64,000 nucleotides of DNA from Hypanus sabinus (Eukaryota). The notes beneath the pieces were generated by a model that was not told the DNA's origin, ran no database searches, and saw nothing but the letters and a program-made list of their open reading frames with translations. The position numbers and the translations under genes are program-made. The DNA is taken from assembly GCF_030144855.1 (NCBI RefSeq), contig NC_082731.1, positions 20,336,001 through 20,400,000 on the forward strand, written 5' to 3'. Shown one piece after another: positions 61,899 through 64,000 of the stretch (position 1 is its first letter; each line of letters starts with the position of its first letter).

Positions 61899-64000
61899 GA
61901 GAGCCCTCCACTATCTCCGCACTAATACCGACCTCACCATCAAACCTGCAGACAAAGGTGGTGCCGTAGTAGTCTGGTGGATGGAACCCACCTCACTGAG
62001 GCCAAACGGCAGCTCTCCGACACCTCCTCGTACTTAACCCTGCCACAGGACCCCGCCAAAAACTTCAGCACAGTCTGCTGCAGCATCTCCACCCTCATCA
62101 ACTCTGGACACCTTCCTCCCTCAGCCAAAAAATTCATAATTCCCACACCCCGCACAGCTCGGTTTTACTTCCTTCCCAAGATCCACAAGCCTGACTGCCC
62201 CGGCAGACCCAAAGTTTCAGCCTACTCATGCACCACCGAACTTGTGTCTGCCTACCTGGACTCCAGTTTATCCCCCATAGTTCAGACTCTCCCCACCTAC
62301 ATCCATGATAGATCCCATGCTCTTCACCTCTTAAATAATTTCCAATTTCCCGGCCTCGACTGCTTCATGTTTACCACGGATGTTCAATCCTTATACAGCT
62401 CCATCCCCCATCAAGAGGGCCTCAAAGCCCTCCGCTACCTTTTGGATAACAGACCCCACCAGTTCCCCAGCACCACCGCACTTCTCCGGTTGGCGGAGCT
62501 TGTTCTATCTCTCGATAACTTCTCCTTTGGTTCTTCCCACTTTCTCCAGATCAAGGGTGTAGCCATGGGCACTCTCATGGGCCCCACCTGTGCCTGTCTC
62601 TTTGTCGTTATGTGGAACAGTCTATGCTCAAAATCTATACTGGCAACCCTCCCCAACTTGTCCTCCGCTACATTGACGACTACATTGGTGCTGCTTCCTG
62701 CACCAGTGCTGAGCTCGTCAATTTCATCAACTTTGCCATTAACTTTCACCCAGCACTTAAATTCACTTGGTCCGTCTCGGACACTTCTCTCCCCTTTCTT
62801 GATCTCCTGGTCTCTATCTCTGGAGACAGACTATCCTCTGATATCTTCTACAAAAACAATGACTCACATAACTATCTTGGCTATACCTCTTCCCACCCTG
62901 CCCAATGCAAAAAGCCATTCCCTATTCCCAGTTCCTCCGACTCCGCCGCATCTGCTCCAGGATGAGGCTTTCCGTTCCCGAACTGCACAAATGTCCTCTT
63001 TCTTTCAGGATCGAGGTTTCTCTTCTGGCGTCATCAAAGATGCCCTCACCCGCATCTCCTCCAGTTCCGCACTTCAGCCCTCAACCCATCCTCCCGTCAC
63101 CACAACAGGAACAGGGTTCCCATTGACCTCACCTACCACCCCACCAGACTCCGGATCCAACATATCCTCCACAACTTCCGCCACATTCAACGGAACCCCA
63201 CCACCGAACACATCTTTCCCTCCCTACCCCTCTCAGCTTTTCGCAGGGATCGTTCCCTTGTCGACTTCCTGGTCCACACGTCCCTCCCCACAGAACTCCC
63301 ACCTGGCACTTATCCCTGCAAGAGCAAATGCTACACCTGTCCCCAAACCTCCCCCCTTACCACCATTCCGGGCCCAAGACAGTCCTTCCAGGTGAGGCAA
63401 CACTTCACCTGCGAGTCTACTGGAGTCGTCTAATGCATCCCGTGCACCCGGTGCGGACTCCTCTACATCGGCGAGACCCGACCCAGATTGGGGGACCGCT
63501 TCATCGAGCACCTACGTTCCCTCCCTCACAATAGACAGGACCTCCCGGTTGCCACACACTTCAACTCTGCCTCTCATTCTAATCTGGATATGTCCATACA
63601 TGGGGTCCTCTACTGCCATGATGAGGCCGAACTCAGGTTGGAGGAGCAACACCTCATCTACCATCTGGGTCGCCTCCAGCCTGGTGTTATGAATATTGAA
63701 ATCTCCAATTTTCGGTAATTCCCTCCCTCTCCCCCTTCCCCTATCCCAGGTCCCTCTCTGCCTCCCTCCCCTTTCAGCCTTCTGCTTTTTTATCTCTACA
63801 GTTCTTTCATGCTTATCCCCTCCCCCTCCTCCCTTTATCTTTCCTACGATTGGTTTTCCACCTGGCACCTCTAGTTCCAACTCCCTCCCCTATCTCTATT
63901 ACTGGGCTTCGGTCCTCTCTTCCCCTATTCCTGATGAAGGATCTCGGCCCGAAACGTTGGCTACTCTTTTCTCACGGCTGCCTGACCTGCTGAGTTCTTC
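61899..64000 (+). mobile_element. Penelope-like retroelement (RT + GIY-YIG), frameshifted
   Basis: TIKPADKGGAVVV; FYFLPKIHK..PGRP.VS; DVQSLYSSIP; QIKGVAMG..MGP; LRYIDD; GVV*CIPCTRCGLLYIGET (63422-63478; the Tyr of the GIY motif is now a stop). Confidence 0.93.
63926..63963 (+). ncRNA. Minimal type I hammerhead ribozyme motif (degenerate) in the PLE terminus
   Basis: CTGATGA (63931) - stem II agga-tctcgg-ccc - GAAA (63951) - CGTT; PLEs are known to carry minimal hammerheads. Confidence 0.65.

Overview
Eukaryotic genomic DNA, most likely from a cartilaginous fish (ray or skate), inferred from the repeat families and V-gene features. The window is part of a translocon-type T-cell-receptor V array, most consistent with TCR alpha/delta. 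It holds ten + strand V segments, each with a 46-nt leader exon, an 86-nt intron, a V exon without stops and a 23-spacer RSS. No D, J or C was found. Each V lies in a homologous 3.5-8 kb unit: paired inverted CCAAT promoter, L-V, 23-RSS, a forward CTCF motif 20-23 bp behind the nonamer, a TCACGTGA E-box, and then (with unit-specific deletions) a decayed retroviral pro/RNase H/integrase relic, a Penelope relic, a (TG)n(AG)n microsatellite and a V-SINE. Positions 1 to ~26.64 kb are about 4.6 near-identical ~5.82 kb tandem copies with an A-B-A-B-A variant pattern, ending inside a chimeric V (V5). Young insertions include Tc1, CR1, L1, a Rex1-like fragment, a solo LTR, a Penelope-like element with a hammerhead motif, and a short non-coding retroposon. 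There are three N runs. The most notable observation is the conserved RSS-CTCF-E-box module behind every V. All calls were made by eye; no database searches were run.
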